A stretch of 63,971 bases of DNA, counting the filler, from Octopus bimaculoides (lineage: Eukaryota): assembly GCF_001194135.2 (NCBI RefSeq). It is 6 parts of 6 records of this genome, joined end to end, with 100 filler letters (N's around TTAATTAATTAA, not from the genome) between each part and the next. Parts side by side here need not be neighbours in the genome. Positions count along the whole stretch, not along the records: positions 1 to 26,631 come from NC_068983.1; positions 26,732 to 45,260 come from NC_068981.1; 4 more parts are not named here. One strand, written 5' to 3'. Made by a program: the position numbers and the translations under genes. The notes beneath the pieces were generated by a model. It saw only the letters and a list, made by a program, of their open reading frames with translations, searched no databases and was not told where the DNA came from. This document shows positions 24,791 through 39,027 of the stretch, piece after piece (the stretch's first letter is position 1; each line of letters opens with the position of its first letter).

Positions 24791-26229
24791 CTAGATTGAG
24801 AAAGATGGAATTGCTGCCAGCACAAATCTTAAATTTGGTGATAGAATTCTTTCTGTAAGTTCATTTTAAAAATAAGTTTTATTATAAACAAATAGTATTT
24901 TGACCATCATCTTGAATGTGGCCAGTTGATTTACTTTTGAACTTTCTTAGTTCTTTCACATTATATTACTTGTGGACCTCTACCATTAAACAAAATACAT
25001 TATTAAAATAGATTTACCTTTACAATTAAAAAATTTCAACATTGCTAAATTTTTTATCAAATTCTTATGTTTAAGAAGCTTTTTTTTTATACCATCATCA
25101 TCTTCGTTTATCGTCCGCTTTCCATGCTAGCATGGGTTGGACGATTTGACTGAGTACTGGTGAAACCAGATGGTTACACCAGGCTCCAATCTGATTTGGC
25201 AGAGTTTCTACAGCTGGATGCCCATGTTGAAACAAAATGTCAAAATTATAGAATTATCTCCATAATTTCAACATTTCTTCAAATCCCTAATTCAGAGTAA
25301 ATTCCTGAAATGGATGAAAATTGTAAAGCTTTATATCAGCAACAGTCAGTCAAAGGATTTTGAGTGATGTCATTAAGTTCACTTCTTGTAAGGCAATTGA
25401 ACTTACTTAGCATTCCACAAACTCACTTGAAAACATTACATTGAATTCAATAACTTTTATTAATTTCTTTGGATTGAAAAAAAATAGTTTCATTTTAATA
25501 GTTATCTTAGCTATTTAAAATACACCTAAACCATTACATTCTGTTTACTAGATTTTTCAAACACACACACACACACACACACAGATTATGTATTCAAGTT
25601 ATGCTAATACTTTATTTCACTGCATCTTTTAAATAAGATTATCAGCAATCAGATCAAAAATGTTTCTCGAAAGATTTTACTATTCAATATTATCTGCTAC
25701 TTAAGAAAAAAAGTGAATATAATAATGCACCTGTTGTAAAATTATACGAATGGTCTAAGATAACTGACAAGTAAATACAACAAAAAAATTTTAATTCATC
25801 TGTTTCTCATGAATGGAAAAGTTATCTAAGACACTGATATTGCATATGTTACTGAGGGAGCTAACTACTACTATAGCCTCCCTTCCCTATATGACAACAA
25901 AGGAGCCATGATGCAATTGGTCAACTTCTTACAAATATTAACTTAAATCTTACCCAGGTCACACTGCCATCTTACGTAAAGAAGGATTCAATGAGCAATA
26001 TAGTCTCTCATTCACAAAAAGAATGCCTGGCATAAGATTGCTGGATCATAAGGCTAGCCTAGAGCTAGATGATCGCTGACATTGAGAAATCATATTCATC
26101 TGTAGGACGTTTATCAATAAGCAATGATAGAAACCTATAAATATGTTAATTATATCCTTAGATGATAATATCTGTAATATATAAATAGAGTGTAGTGAAT
26201 TGGCAGTAGAGCAGTGTACAGCATGCCTT

Positions 26230-26631
26230 GTGATATTTATCTACTAGTATGTATGTTCTGTGATGCAACCAATCTTATGGTCTGCAATACCAACTTCAGG
26301 AAACCTGCCAGTCACCTAGTCACCTACCGCTCCGGCAGACACTCTAGCCAAATCGACTACATCCTCGCCAGAAATAGGGAAAGAGGGCGGCTTATAAATG
26401 CCAAAACCTACCCTGGCGAAGAATGTACCCCACAACATAGATTAGTAGTTAGCGACTTTGGGATCAAGGCAAAATGGGTGCCCAGAATTAGACAGGCTTG
26501 GAGAAGAAGGGTGTGGAAGCTTAAAGACCCTGCAAACGGACAGAGACTTAGAGACAAGTTACTTGAAGCATTTAACGAAATAGAAGGGGATATAGCATCA
26601 TACAACGTGGAAGACAATTGGAGATTTCTGC
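26230..26631 (+). mobile_element. RTE LINE apurinic-endonuclease fragment (young), cut by a gap
   Basis: NTNFRKPASHLVTYRSGRHSSQIDYIL...PQHRLVVSDF is the APE-domain C-terminus. Confidence 0.85.
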
Positions 26632-26675
26632 NNNNNNNNNNNNNNNNNNNNNNNNNNNNNNNNNNNNNNNNNNNN

Positions 26676-26687
26676 TTAATTAATTAA
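26676..26687. other. Assembly gap linker TTAATTAATTAA (44 N + 12 nt + 44 N); also at 45305, 55840, 59272 and 62808
   Basis: The identical 100-bp pattern occurs five times and carries stop codons in all six frames, so it is a scaffolder spacer, not genomic sequence. Confidence 0.95.
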
Positions 26688-29585
26688 NNNNNNNNNNNNN
26701 NNNNNNNNNNNNNNNNNNNNNNNNNNNNNNNACGAAGGCAAACCTGGGTATGCGAATAACCAGAGAAACAAATGGAAAACAAGACAAGTAACATAAAGAA
26801 CGATCCTTCATCAGTTGTTGGCTGTTCATCTACTCCACATTTCGAGCAATTAACGACAATATGAGGCTTCGAAAAGCAGTTGCTCCCGCGAACCAAAATA
26901 AAATTTGGGATTTTACGGAGGATCAGAGTTGGTAACAAAAACAGGACAGTGGAGACATACAACAAACCAAATGAAAACAAACATGGATCGCCGTTAGGCC
27001 AGACGAGGTAAGGTAGCTAACGCTGGATGAATATTCTTTGACAAGAGGAAAGATAGGAGAGGAGACAGACAAGAATGCGTCAGGTCTGTGCGAGAGACTG
27101 AAGGAAAAGAAAGATGATCAGGTGAGGAAAAGAAAGATGGACGATGGTCACATGTGAGCACCGAGAGAGACTAAAGTAGAAAGAGGGAGAGAGATAGAAA
27201 ACGGTGAAAGGGGGGAAAGGATTAGAGAAAGGATGAGAGAGAAAGAAAGCGAAAGGAGGGGAAGAGAAGAAAAGAATAATTAGAGAAAGGAAGAGAGAGC
27301 AAACGAAAGAGGGAGAGAGAGAACAGTACAGGGTAGAGTCTCATCAAAATTATATATTTATATATGTGTATACAACTTTCACCGACGTACATCGGTGAAG
27401 AATATGAACATTGACGAGAGGGAAAAAATACATGGCCCCCTTGTCACTCTCACCTTTACTGTAAGAAATGCAGCAAACTATTAATTTGTAACTAATGGCC
27501 CTATTATTAAAAGATTGTTGTATAAAATAAATATACGTAAATCAAATAAAATGAATATGGGACACACACATTATATATTCGTTCGTCATTCGTTTAGTAC
27601 TGTTTTTATTTCATCTCAAATCCGTTGCCCAGAAATATTTCGTCATACATTCAGTGACCCTTTCCGTCCGCGTGTGTCCTGAATGGATTAAGCGGAGCAG
27701 GAGGACACATATGGATAATAAGTGACAGTCTACTGATTAAAGAAATGAAATAGATAGAATTAGTAAGTACCAGTTATTAGGAAAGTTGAAATGTCTGCTG
27801 TTTATTACAAAATACCGATCACTTGGTTTACCAAGATTGCTTTCTTTGCTACCTTTTATCTTTAACTTGCTTCAGTCATTAGACTGCAGCCATGCTGGGG
27901 TACAATCTTGAAGAACTTTGAGTCGAATGAACTGAACCCAGTACTTAACTTTTTAAAGCCTGGTACTTATTCTATCGGCCTCTTTTGCCGAGCCGCTAAG
28001 TTACGGGGACATAAACACACCAACACTAGTTGTCGAGTGGTGTCAGTGGAGAAACACAGACACAAAGACAGAGACACACGCACACACACGCATATATATT
28101 TCGAAACGTCTAGATAGAATAGAGACAGCTGATGAAGGGATATTCCAAGGGGCTTTCCGTTTTCCTATGTGTTCGTTCCGTTGTCTGTAGTTTATTGTTC
28201 TAACGTCCTGTACCCTGATATGCATGTATATACACATGTAGATGTAAGTATGTACATATATGTGTGTATACATGTATATATATTCTTTGTATATATATAT
28301 ATATATATATATNNNNNNNNNNNNNNNNNNNNNNNNNNNNNNNNNNNNNNNNNNNNNNNNNNNNNNNNNNNNNNNNNNNNNNNNNNNNNNNNNNNNNNNN
28401 NNNNNNNNNNNNNNNNNNNNNNNNNNNNNNNNNNNNNNNNNNNNNNNNNNNNNNNNNNNNNNNNNNNNNNNNNNNNNNNNNNNNNNNNNNNNNNNNNNNN
28501 NNNNNNNNNNNNNNNNNNNNNNNNNNNNNNNNNNNNNNNNNNNNNNNNNNNNNNNNNNNNNNNNNNNNNNNNNNNNNNNNNNNNNNNNNNNNNNNNNNNN
28601 NNNNNNNNNNNNNNNNNNNNNNNNNNNNNNNNNNNNNNNNNNNNNNNNNNNNNNNNNNNNNNNNNNNNNNNNNNNNNNNNNNNNNNNNNNNNNNNNNNNN
28701 NNNNNNNNNNNNNNNNNNNNNNNNNNNNNNNNNNNNNNNNNNNNNNNNNNNNNNNNNNNNNNNNNNNNNNNNNNNNNNNNNNNACCAGGTTCAGATAACA
28801 GCATTTTAAAGTTGTTGTTTGGGACATTTGCAATTAGTATCAATTAATTTCTTCGCGGGATTGTATCAGCAATCAAAACGTAGCGGTGCAGCGAAAATTT
28901 TGGTTCCGCACAAAATGAATGAAAAGTGAAATTAACAGTTTTGTGTTTGTTCGGAATGGCTAAAATAACTCTTCTATAATGTTAGTTGCTGAGGGTTTTT
29001 TTTTTTTTTTCATGTTTCAAGACTTAGGCATAACAGAATGGAAAAGACATCGTGCTGCAGAGAAAAAGACCGCTGGCTGCTTTACATCCAGACACTTCTA
29101 TTAAAAAGTGTTCATTACCAAAATGAATGTTAGCCCAGTTTTCATTTGTGTAAGTTATATCGTATGAAAGTGCTTTTGTAAAAGGTTGTAAATAACTTAT
29201 GCACTCTATGCTAAAACACTTGAAATAGCTTGTAGCAATAAAATCAAGTCATCTTAGAGTTTAAGAATGTGTAAATAGAACACAGCCGCCCGGAATATTC
29301 TATCTTTAGAATATACTGTAGGTGTTTTATCTTCCACAGTCAACAATGATTGCTTGAAATTCGATGACAATAAACTTCATACAGGCTCAAAACATCCACA
29401 CATCCACACACAGAGTGGCAGATCTAACTATCTATATATACATTCATAATTGTTCCATTGTCTGTTCGAGAAGATTGTAAATTATTGTAACTGTGGCTAC
29501 AGATGGCGCCTCTATACAATACGTAGGCTATAATTATCATACGCACATAAATACATACACACACGCATACACACATACAAACACA

Positions 29586-29655
<70 letters not shown>

Positions 29656-29673
29656 CATAATTATATATATTTA

Positions 29674-30202
29674 GATATTCTAAATTGATCGCATGGTATA
29701 TCATTTTAAAGCAAAAGTGTTTTCATTAAACTATTTTTCTATGGATATTTTCACAGTTACAACCACTCGTTAGATATTCACATATATAGACATATATATG
29801 GTATGCATATATATATGTCTAAATATATGTATATATGTATATATATACATGCATACATATATATATGCATATATATATATATGTATATATACATATATAT
29901 ATATTCATATATGTATATATATATACATATATGCACATATATATACATATATACATACATATACATATATGCATATATATATATACATATATATGCATAT
30001 ATATATATATATATATAGATATATATACGTACATACATGCATATATTTATACATACATATATATACACGCACACTTGCACGCCCGCATATCACATATATA
30101 TGTCTATATATGTGAATATCTAACGACTGGGTATAACAATGAAAATATTCATAGAAAAATAGCGTAATGAAAGTGATATACCATGCGATCAATTTAAAAT
30201 AT
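29674..30202. repeat. ~120-130-bp inverted repeat enclosing a compound TA/CA microsatellite
   Basis: TAAATTGATCGCATGGTATATCA...CGTTAGATATTCACATATATAGACATATATATG (left) is the reverse complement of 30087-30202. The left arm has an extra ~15 nt. Confidence 0.9.
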
Positions 30203-32521
30203 TTTATGTCTATCATTTATTAATTGTTAACCTCTACCTCACATTACTCGAAATTATTCTATTTTTAGAATTAATTTCATTATCTGAGATTTGCTGATGT
30301 AGGCGATCAGGAGTCCGTTTGTTTTGATTACGTTTTCCTGTTACTTGTTTTCGTATCAATTCTCATTTACCGGTTTACACTAGATTAGATACATTGAAAA
30401 GTGATAAACAAGTTAATGATAACACTTGGGTAGCAACTGTTATTTCCTGTTTGCTTAACCCTAGAAAGTATGGAAAATGGCTATTATTTCCTTCAAAGTG
30501 TTCTGTTGTTACATTTATTCAAATCCCAAAGAATTCCTCTCATCACATGACAATGATGTTTCCCCACTTCTACTGCTTATGATCAGAGATGCACATATTG
30601 TAAACCACTAAGGGACACGCTCAAGTGGTTAAGCAATTGTCAAGCAATTGACAAGCAAATCTGTGTACTGAGCAGAATATTTGCTATAACGATATTTCTG
30701 CTCGGGCAATTTGGCGCTGATTCTGTCTGAAATGTATTGGAAAAAAGGTCAGTTTCAAAAAAGTGATGCCCTGGTCACAAAAGCAAAGTTTGAAGGGAAT
30801 AGTAGTAATTTCGTTTGATTTCAAGATAGAAACAAATAGGAAATAATACTTACTGATCAAAGTGAAAAATAAAATTGTTACGCACTGTAATTCAGTAACA
30901 GGCTCACTATATTGAAACACATAAAAAGATCGTAACATAAAGAACTGGATCCAAGACTAAGCTGAATGACATTGTCAAATTTATACAAAAGAAAAAAAAA
31001 GGAAGAAAAGGAAAGGGAAACCGTGGAATGGAATTAGAGTGGACAAACCCTAAAGAAAAAAATGACAAGAGGTGGAAAAAGCTAACAAATTGGATTCTGA
31101 AAGCTGGTAGAAAGAAACCGAATACTCTATGTATGGCTTTTCCTGGAAGTCTTGTATTATTAATAGTATGTGTATGTGAAGGTAATTTTTTATTATTTTT
31201 CTTGAGCCTTAGGACGGTTATCCTGTTTTCATGACGTATAATTGACCGAAATAACAACATTCCACTGAACGGGACAACCTGAACAGGTAAAAAGCCAGCG
31301 ATTATATCGACCCCAGTACCTTACTGATACTTTATTTTATTGATCATGAGGGGATAAAAAACAAAAGTTTGCCTCGGCGGGATTTAAATTCAGAACTTAA
31401 AGATTCACCTTTTCACAAATTTGCTTATTTTCTTTCTCTAATCAATATTGACTTTCATGCAGGCACGGTCAACTGATTTTATGACACTTCCAATCTTTCT
31501 GCAATGTGTTTATGCTCTCTGAATATAAGGGCGTCGAAAAAATGTTCACTGATAGGCGTGTGGTACAATCTGAAACGTCGGATACTTTTCTCCGAATGCT
31601 ATACAGACTAAATATGATCTAGTAACAAAATAAATAAAATATAATAAATATGAGTTTTTGCTGACACAAGCTACCTCTAGTCTCCATGGATTCTTCTTTC
31701 TTTTTAGTCACACACATGAACACACGCACAAACACACACTCATGTATATATGCACGCATGTGTATATGTATATACATCTATATGTATGACTACGTACGTG
31801 GAGGGACGTGGTTTAGTGATTGTAAGATTGTGATTTCGGGTCCTGGACTAAGCGATGTTTTGTGTTCCTGAGGAAAACACTTCATTCCATTCAAGTTGTT
31901 CCAGTTCACTCAGCTGACAAAAAGGAGTAATCCTGCGACGGCCAGTGTCTCGTACAGCGGGGTATATTTACGCCATAGAATCCAAGAAACCGGCCTTATG
32001 AGCTTATGACTCAGGAAGGACATTGATTTCTTTTTTAGTATATATATATANNNNNNNNNNNNNNNNNNNNNNNNNNNNNNNNNNNNNNNNNNNNNNNNNN
32101 NNNNNNNNNNNNNNNNNNNNNNNNNNNNNNNNNNNNNNNNNNNNNNNNNNNNNNNNNNNNNNNNNNNNNNNNNNNNNNNNNNNNNNNNNNTGTGTGTGTG
32201 TGTGTGTGTATTAAACTGTATAACAATATATCATAATAATATATATTCTCGGATTTGAAGCGATAATTTTTAAATACAAAAAAATGACCGAAAAATGATG
32301 AGCTAGCCCTAGCTAGAATCGAACCCACAAATCAATATAGATAGCAGTGTGCAATGTTTTACCAAAAAGGAAAACTTATAATTGTTACTGAAACATCTAC
32401 ATTGCTAGAAATAAGAGCTAAAATACTCTAATGCTGTAGTCAAAACACATAATTGTATACGTATATACTGACATGGACTTTAAGTGCCTGAAAACACCAT
32501 ATGTGTGTGTGTGTGTGTGTA

Positions 32522-32583
<62 letters not shown>

Positions 32584-32689
32584 CGTATGTGTATGTATGT
32601 ATAAATGTATGTTTATATTATTCACTTGATTTCTGATTTATCTGTTATGTCTCAGCTCCATCCTACAAATTATTTTCTCTACTCATGAG

Positions 32690-33880
32690 TTGTTCCAAGC
32701 ATTGTTGCATCTCCCATATGAGTTTCACCTGATCATTCTCTGCAACAGACAAAGGTTGGTGCTCATACTACTTGTTGGAACATTTTAGCCGATACTTCTT
32801 GTACAACTTCCAGTGTATTCATACATCCACTTTGTTATGGCATTTTTGTACTCCTTTGGGGCCCATTTTGACCATCTATTAATTATACACTTTACAGTTT
32901 CAAACGATTTTTCACATTGTTTACACAAAGGAGATACTGGTGTCTTATCAACTGGTTCGTAAAGCTTGTTCTAGAGCAGTAAGAATCAAGCCTTTTCTCT
33001 CCTTGTTTAAAACATGTCTTAACCATCTCTAGAATTCTTCATCAGCTTCATCCGATGTTTGTTTTGGAGAACCACTCCGTGTAGGACTTTCTCTTTCCAG
33101 TTGATCTTTTCCCAATTAGTCCTCATTTTGTACCCCTGGAGGGTTTCATTATTGTCATTGATCACCTTCGCATTCAGTTCCGCCTACAACATTCTTTCAT
33201 AACTATTTCTCAGATTAGCATGCAAAGACTTGATCTTCATAGCACTATTCCAACCAATCCTCTGCTTCCTAGTTCAGTAAAGACTTGCGATGTTACTTCT
33301 AATATGAAGCCATCCATGCATAGCCACTACCTTCCTGATTTTGCTACCCACGTTGACCAGTTCTTTCATTGCCCATTCCACAACTCCTGCATAGTAACGG
33401 ATCACACCTTAAAAATCCCACGTGTTGATGCTTCTAATAATATTCTTTCCATTCAGCTTACATCGAGCTTTTTAACTCTTCTGGTATAATTTTCTGCATC
33501 TTAATGTTCTTCAACTGACCTAATTGAAAAAAAAAACCAAGATACTTCTAACCCACTCCGTTTACTTCTCCAATCCGCTCATCATCTGGTAGTTGTACTC
33601 CGCTGCTGTTTACTTTCGCCTTCTTCTCAGTTCTATAACAGTTACCATATTTCCTCAAACCATGAAGTGTGGTAACGTACTAACACTAACAGTAAATAGT
33701 AATGGTGACACAGAGTCTTCTTGGAGGATTCCCTTCTTGATGTTAACTTGGTCAATTTCTCTTCCACCTGCAGTAATATTATTATTATTATGCAATCATT
33801 ACCATCTTCTTTCACTTGTTTCCATTTCTTGTCGAGTGTCTTCCTGACACCCAGGGCAGAGACACTCATTGTATACATTG
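32690..33880 (-). mobile_element. Second, divergent R4/Dong-like RLE LINE remnant
   Basis: Minus frames give IKKGILQEDSVSPLL, INTW..VIRYYAGVVEW, RWLRHVLNKERKGLILTALEQALRT and RHNKV..IHW. Confidence 0.7.
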
Positions 33881-34074
33881 GTAGGCCATTAAAATAAGGA
33901 TGTTCATTTACAAAGTCATATGATAGAGAAAAAGAAGAAAGACAGAGAGAAAAAGGAAAAAAGAAAAAAATGAAAAAGTAAACAAAGAAAATAAAGGGGA
34001 AAAAGAAAGAAAATTCACAGCGACAATGCTCTTCTTAGTACATGTGATGTACTAGTTAAAAAAATCCCTTGCCC

Positions 34075-34220
34075 TTTATTATTATTATCATCATTATCAT
34101 CATCATCATCATCATCATTATTATTATTATTATTATTAATTTATTATCATTATTATTATCATCATCATTATTATTATTATTATTATTATCATTATTATTA
34201 TTATTATTATTATTATTGAA
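34075..34220. repeat. Compound (ATT)n/(ATC)n trinucleotide microsatellite
   Basis: Seen directly. Similar arrays lie at 45430-45650, 59500-59593 and 59953-60280. Confidence 0.95.
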
Positions 34221-34499
34221 TGAATGAATGTAATTCTCTGTAAGCATTGTGAAGACCTATTGAAAACGTGTGTGTGTGTGGGGGGTTGTGTGAGTGTGTG
34301 TAGGTGTGTGAGTGTGTATGTGTGTATGTATGTATGTGTATGTGTATATTCAACGTGCTTTCGCTAAGTTTCCGTTGACCGATTAGCTCATTTCATTCAC
34401 AAGGCTTCTGGTCGATCAGGCGACAGACCAAAAAACACTTGCTCAAGGTGATACGCAACCCGATCGAACCTCTCAAACATGTGAAGCGAAGCTCCTGTT

Positions 34500-34776
34500 A
34501 ATTATATAGCTACAGAACGAGTGAACGAGGGAGTGAAAGAGCGAGAGCGAGAGAACGTGTGTGTGTATGTGTGTATGTGTCTGAGAGGGAGAGAGAGTGT
34601 GTATATTCGTGTATGTGTGTGTGAGAGAGTGAGTGCGAGTGTGTGAGAGAATGAGTGTGTGTGTGTGTGTGAATGAGTGTGAGAGAACGTGTGTGTGAGA
34701 GGGAGGGAGAGAGGGCGTGTGTGTGAGCTTGGGTGTGTGTGTGTGAAAGAGGGAGAAAGCATATTGTGAGAGAGAA

Positions 34777-34814
<38 letters not shown>

Positions 34815-34847
34815 CGTGTGTGTGTGTGAGAGACAGAGAGCGTAAGT

Positions 34848-34915
<68 letters not shown>
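34500..34915. repeat. Compound (GA)n/(GT)n microsatellite
   Basis: Seen directly; source of the spurious HTHT/LSLS ORFs. Confidence 0.95.
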
Positions 34916-34917
<2 letters not shown>

Positions 34918-35862
34918 TGGACTGATAGAGTAACAGAGATCAGGTCTGCCTGATGTATGACCAATGAGAACAGTTCCATTCGATGTAGAAACAAAAACAG
35001 AAACAAAACATAAATGCAAAGTATATGTCTTCAGAGAATTCGTAGAAATTCATATCAGAGTGTATTATAGTTTGTTAAGTGCCATCTGATATCTATCAAT
35101 GCCTATTAAACATTATTTGGACAGCAGCCAAAGTGTATTCGCTCACGTATTAGTTCATATCTCCTATTGTAAACACCAATATATGTTTTATTTGCACACT
35201 GTTTTCGACCAGCTAACGTTTCGTTTTTGGTTTTCGGTTTCCGATCTTGTTCGGAAAATGTATTTTATATTCATTCAGTGAATACTAAAACTAAGATCGA
35301 CTGGGAAATATACTATTTTAGACAGGCTACGTCTGTCAATAAGGTTTACATTATAAATGATGTGTATGTGGGTGGTGGTGGGGTGGGAGAAGGATTTTCG
35401 TTTCGAACAGAAGAAATAGAACTCAATACATAAAACAGAGCCGTTATAAGTTGTTTTTTTTATTAGCTAAGTAATGAGAGCGTTGACACGAAACTCTTTG
35501 AGCTTGAGTCACTAGAACTCGGCGATTAACCACAGCATGACCACTAACAGCAAAATTAATAAAACATGCGTTTGTATATGTGTGTGTGAATGTGTATTTA
35601 TGTGTATATATGTATATGCATATATATAATTTTATTCTTTTATTCTTTTATTGTTTCAATCATTTGACTGCGGCCATACTGGATCACCGCCTTTAGTCGA
35701 ACAAATCGAACACAAATTTTATTCTTTGTAAGCCTAGTACTTATTCTATTGTTGTCTTTTGCCCTAACGCCAGGTTACGGGGAAGTAATCACACCAACAT
35801 CGGTTGTCAAGCGAATGTGGAGAGGACAAATATAGGCAGACAGACAGACAGACAGACAGACA

Positions 35863-35903
<41 letters not shown>

Positions 35904-35906
35904 TTG

Positions 35907-35939
<33 letters not shown>

Positions 35940-36356
35940 GGGTATATATATATATGTATTTGTATTTATGTACTTCAAGTATATTCTACTGAAGACGGTG
36001 AATTAATTTGTATTCCTAAACCAGAAATTGGACAATCTTGAATTAATCTCAAAATTTTACTAAATCTCTTTTATTNNNNNNNNNNNNNNNNNNNNNNNNN
36101 NNNNNNNNNNNNNNNNNNNNNNNNNNNNNNNNNNNNNNNNNNNNNNNNNNNNNNNNNNNNNNNNNNNNNNNNNNNNNNNNNNNNNNNNNNNNNNNNNNNN
36201 NNNNNNNNNNNNNNNNNNNNNNNNNNNNNNNNNNNNNNNNNNNNNNNNNNNNNNNNNNNNNNNNNNNNNNNNNNNNNNNNNNNNNNNNNNNNNNNNNNNN
36301 NNNNNNNNNNNNNNNNNNNNNNNNNNNNNNNNNNNNNNNNNNNNNNNNNNNNNNNN

Positions 36357-36437
<81 letters not shown>

Positions 36438-37089
36438 TGTATGTGTACATCATTTTTTTACATCCATTTTTATATTGCACTATGTGGTCGCACATAACCT
36501 GTTACACAGGTCGCTGGCTGTTGGCTATTTCTGTCTCCCTATCTGTCTATTTCTATCTTTATCTCCCTTGTGACTTGGCGGTTTTTATAAAATGATCGTT
36601 GCTTAGGCGTAATTTATTTCTCAAGTTTGAAGAGAATTTTACAAAATGCGATCATTTTACATTTAACTGGACTGGTATCTCTACGAGATTACTCAACCTA
36701 CAAGAAACATACATTTGGATTTTTTAAAAGTCTTATTTGTGCATTGGAAATAGGTGTCCAAGTGTCATAGTGTTTCACAGATCAAATCGAATTTACCAGT
36801 GTTAGAATTAAATTTTCTTTTCTTCCAAGCGGAAGGGTTTATTAGATATTAATGTTAAATATAAAAAAGAACGACATGGACATAGCTGAAATATTTTTGA
36901 CTATTATGGATGATCAGGAGGCTAAATAACGACAAATTGATATTTTGATATATATTTGTTTTCCGATTAAGCATGGAATCTTATATTATTGAAAACACTA
37001 ACTTCAAATTTCATTGTTAAGGAAATGTGTTAGAATTTTAAGACTGAAGCTCAAAACTTTTTGAACTGAAATTAGTACTCACTCTAGGA

Positions 37090-37450
37090 GTAAAACTCGA
37101 AATAACCTCGGGATTCAAAGGTCTTATTTGATTACTTGAACTCCATAACAGAATCTAAGTTCGGAGCTTTAGGTACTGTTTAGTAAACTTAGCTCTGAAA
37201 GTCGAAATAAACTCGGAGCTTAAAGGTACTATTTGGTAAAGTTATCACCAAAATAATATCTAAACTTGGTATTTAAGATATTTGTTTGTAAACTGACCTC
37301 TAAAGAGCCGAATAATCTCTAATTTAATGACAGTTTGTTGTTCTTACATTTAAAATAAAATCTAAACTCAGAGTTAAACGAACTGCTTTGTAAACTTAGT
37401 TTTACAGCTCGAAACAGTTCTGGATTTTAAAGATACTCATTGAATTTCAA
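37090..37450. repeat. Cryptic degenerate minisatellite: ~52-bp monomers arranged as ~105-bp dimers
   Basis: CGAA-starting units at 37098, 37203, 37309 and 37410 alternate with ATCTAA-starting units at 37153, 37258 and 37360. Shared core CTCGGAGCTTAAAGGTACTxTTTGGTAAA. Confidence 0.7.
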
Positions 37451-38491
37451 ATCAAGTATCATATAGAGAACTCTTATCAGTACTCCTAAACTATTGAACT
37501 ATTATTTATCGGAAAATTCTATTTATTCAATCTCAATCTCAAGGCTATTTTTGTGATAAAGATTAATTAATTAATGATTAAACAAAACTAAATTTAAAAC
37601 ACCGTATTTATTGGTATTTCTTTTGTTATATATTATACATAATTAAATTAGAATGAAATGCAAGGACTTTAATGTCAATTCAATATAAAGCTTAAACAAT
37701 ACCTTCGTTTGCCTTTTTAGGTAGAAAAAATTTAAACTATTCATGATTTCATAATTGATTAGAGATTAAATTTTTTAAAAATATATTAAAATTACTTGAG
37801 CAACAAAATTGCATCAACAATTGAATCCAACCTCAACACCGAACACAAATTAATTTACATATAAGAGAGTAATAATACATTTTTAAAAACAAAATCCACA
37901 TAATTTATACATATGATTCTAGCCAAAAATTGATTAATTCGCTGCTGGTTATTAGTTCCTCTCTTCTTAATAAAGAGATGAATTATAAATTCTATAAGAA
38001 AATAATTGATATAGAAGTATCACTTAATAAGTAGAAATGACAACACCGAAACTGTTTGTGTGTGAAAGCCATAAATAAACTGAAGCGAAGATAATATATT
38101 AGAAATTATATTATTAATTTATGAGCCAGTGCCTAGAACGTTTCTGTTTTCATTTCAAATATTCAAAACTAGCCATTCATAGAAATTTGATAACTCTGAA
38201 GTCTTGTAAATTAATTTTAAAAATATTATTTTTAAATGAGTAGTACAACATAAATTTGAAGAAAACAACTTGCCGATTTATTCCAAATAAAATGCATGCC
38301 CCACTCATTAGTTGTTTAATCTTTATTCAATCTTAATCCAGCAAACCTATAATGAAAGATATTCCAGCTGTGAACATTTCATCCTGTATTGAGATATAGT
38401 TTACATAGGATTATATTATCATATGCATCTTTCTATTTTTTAAGATAGTTGGCTGGTTATAATTTCTAGCAACTCTGGTGACCGTTTACAG

Positions 38492-38783
38492 CAGTAGTTC
38501 TCAACTAGGGTCCATACGGGCCCTGTGGGTCCATAAAAGATTGGGGGTGGATCCACGCAACAAAATAGTAAATTTGGGATCACAGTAGTATTTTAAGAAC
38601 CCCTGAAAAAATTTTGCTTTAGCTGTATGTATTGGTAGGTATTGCAAGTAACTGCTAGATTTCTTTCTCGAGCATTTCACATAGTTGACCCTACACAAGT
38701 TCATATCGAATGGTTACCGAGATCCACCAGAATAAAATAGTAATCAAAAGGGTCCATAGATAAAAAATGATTGAAAACCCGTG
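38492..38783. mobile_element. hAT (Charlie/MER5-like) MITE, 292 bp
   Basis: Termini CAGTAGTTCTCAAC and ATTGAAAACCCGTG (imperfect TIR). 8-bp TSD GTTTACAG/GTTTAGAG. Confidence 0.8.
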
Positions 38784-38975
38784 GTTTAGAGGCTTCCTTG
38801 TTGGCTCATCTTCATGGTCAATTTCTATCTTCGTAAATTAATAAATAGCCCGAATCGTTTAGCTAAACCTGGACTGACATCAACTTAACTAGTACAACTT
38901 CACCTTTAAACAATAATTATAACTGTTGTATTATGTGCATATATATATATATATACCATCATATATATATATATA

Positions 38976-39022
<47 letters not shown>

Positions 39023-39027
<5 letters not shown>

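Noticed and set aside
29502-29512. YY1-like AGATGGCG motif as a promoter signal
   Set aside because: A single short motif with no supporting transcript or conserved context.
37090-37450. CRISPR-like repeat/spacer appearance
   Set aside because: Units are degenerate along their whole length with no unique spacers, the context is eukaryotic and there are no cas genes.
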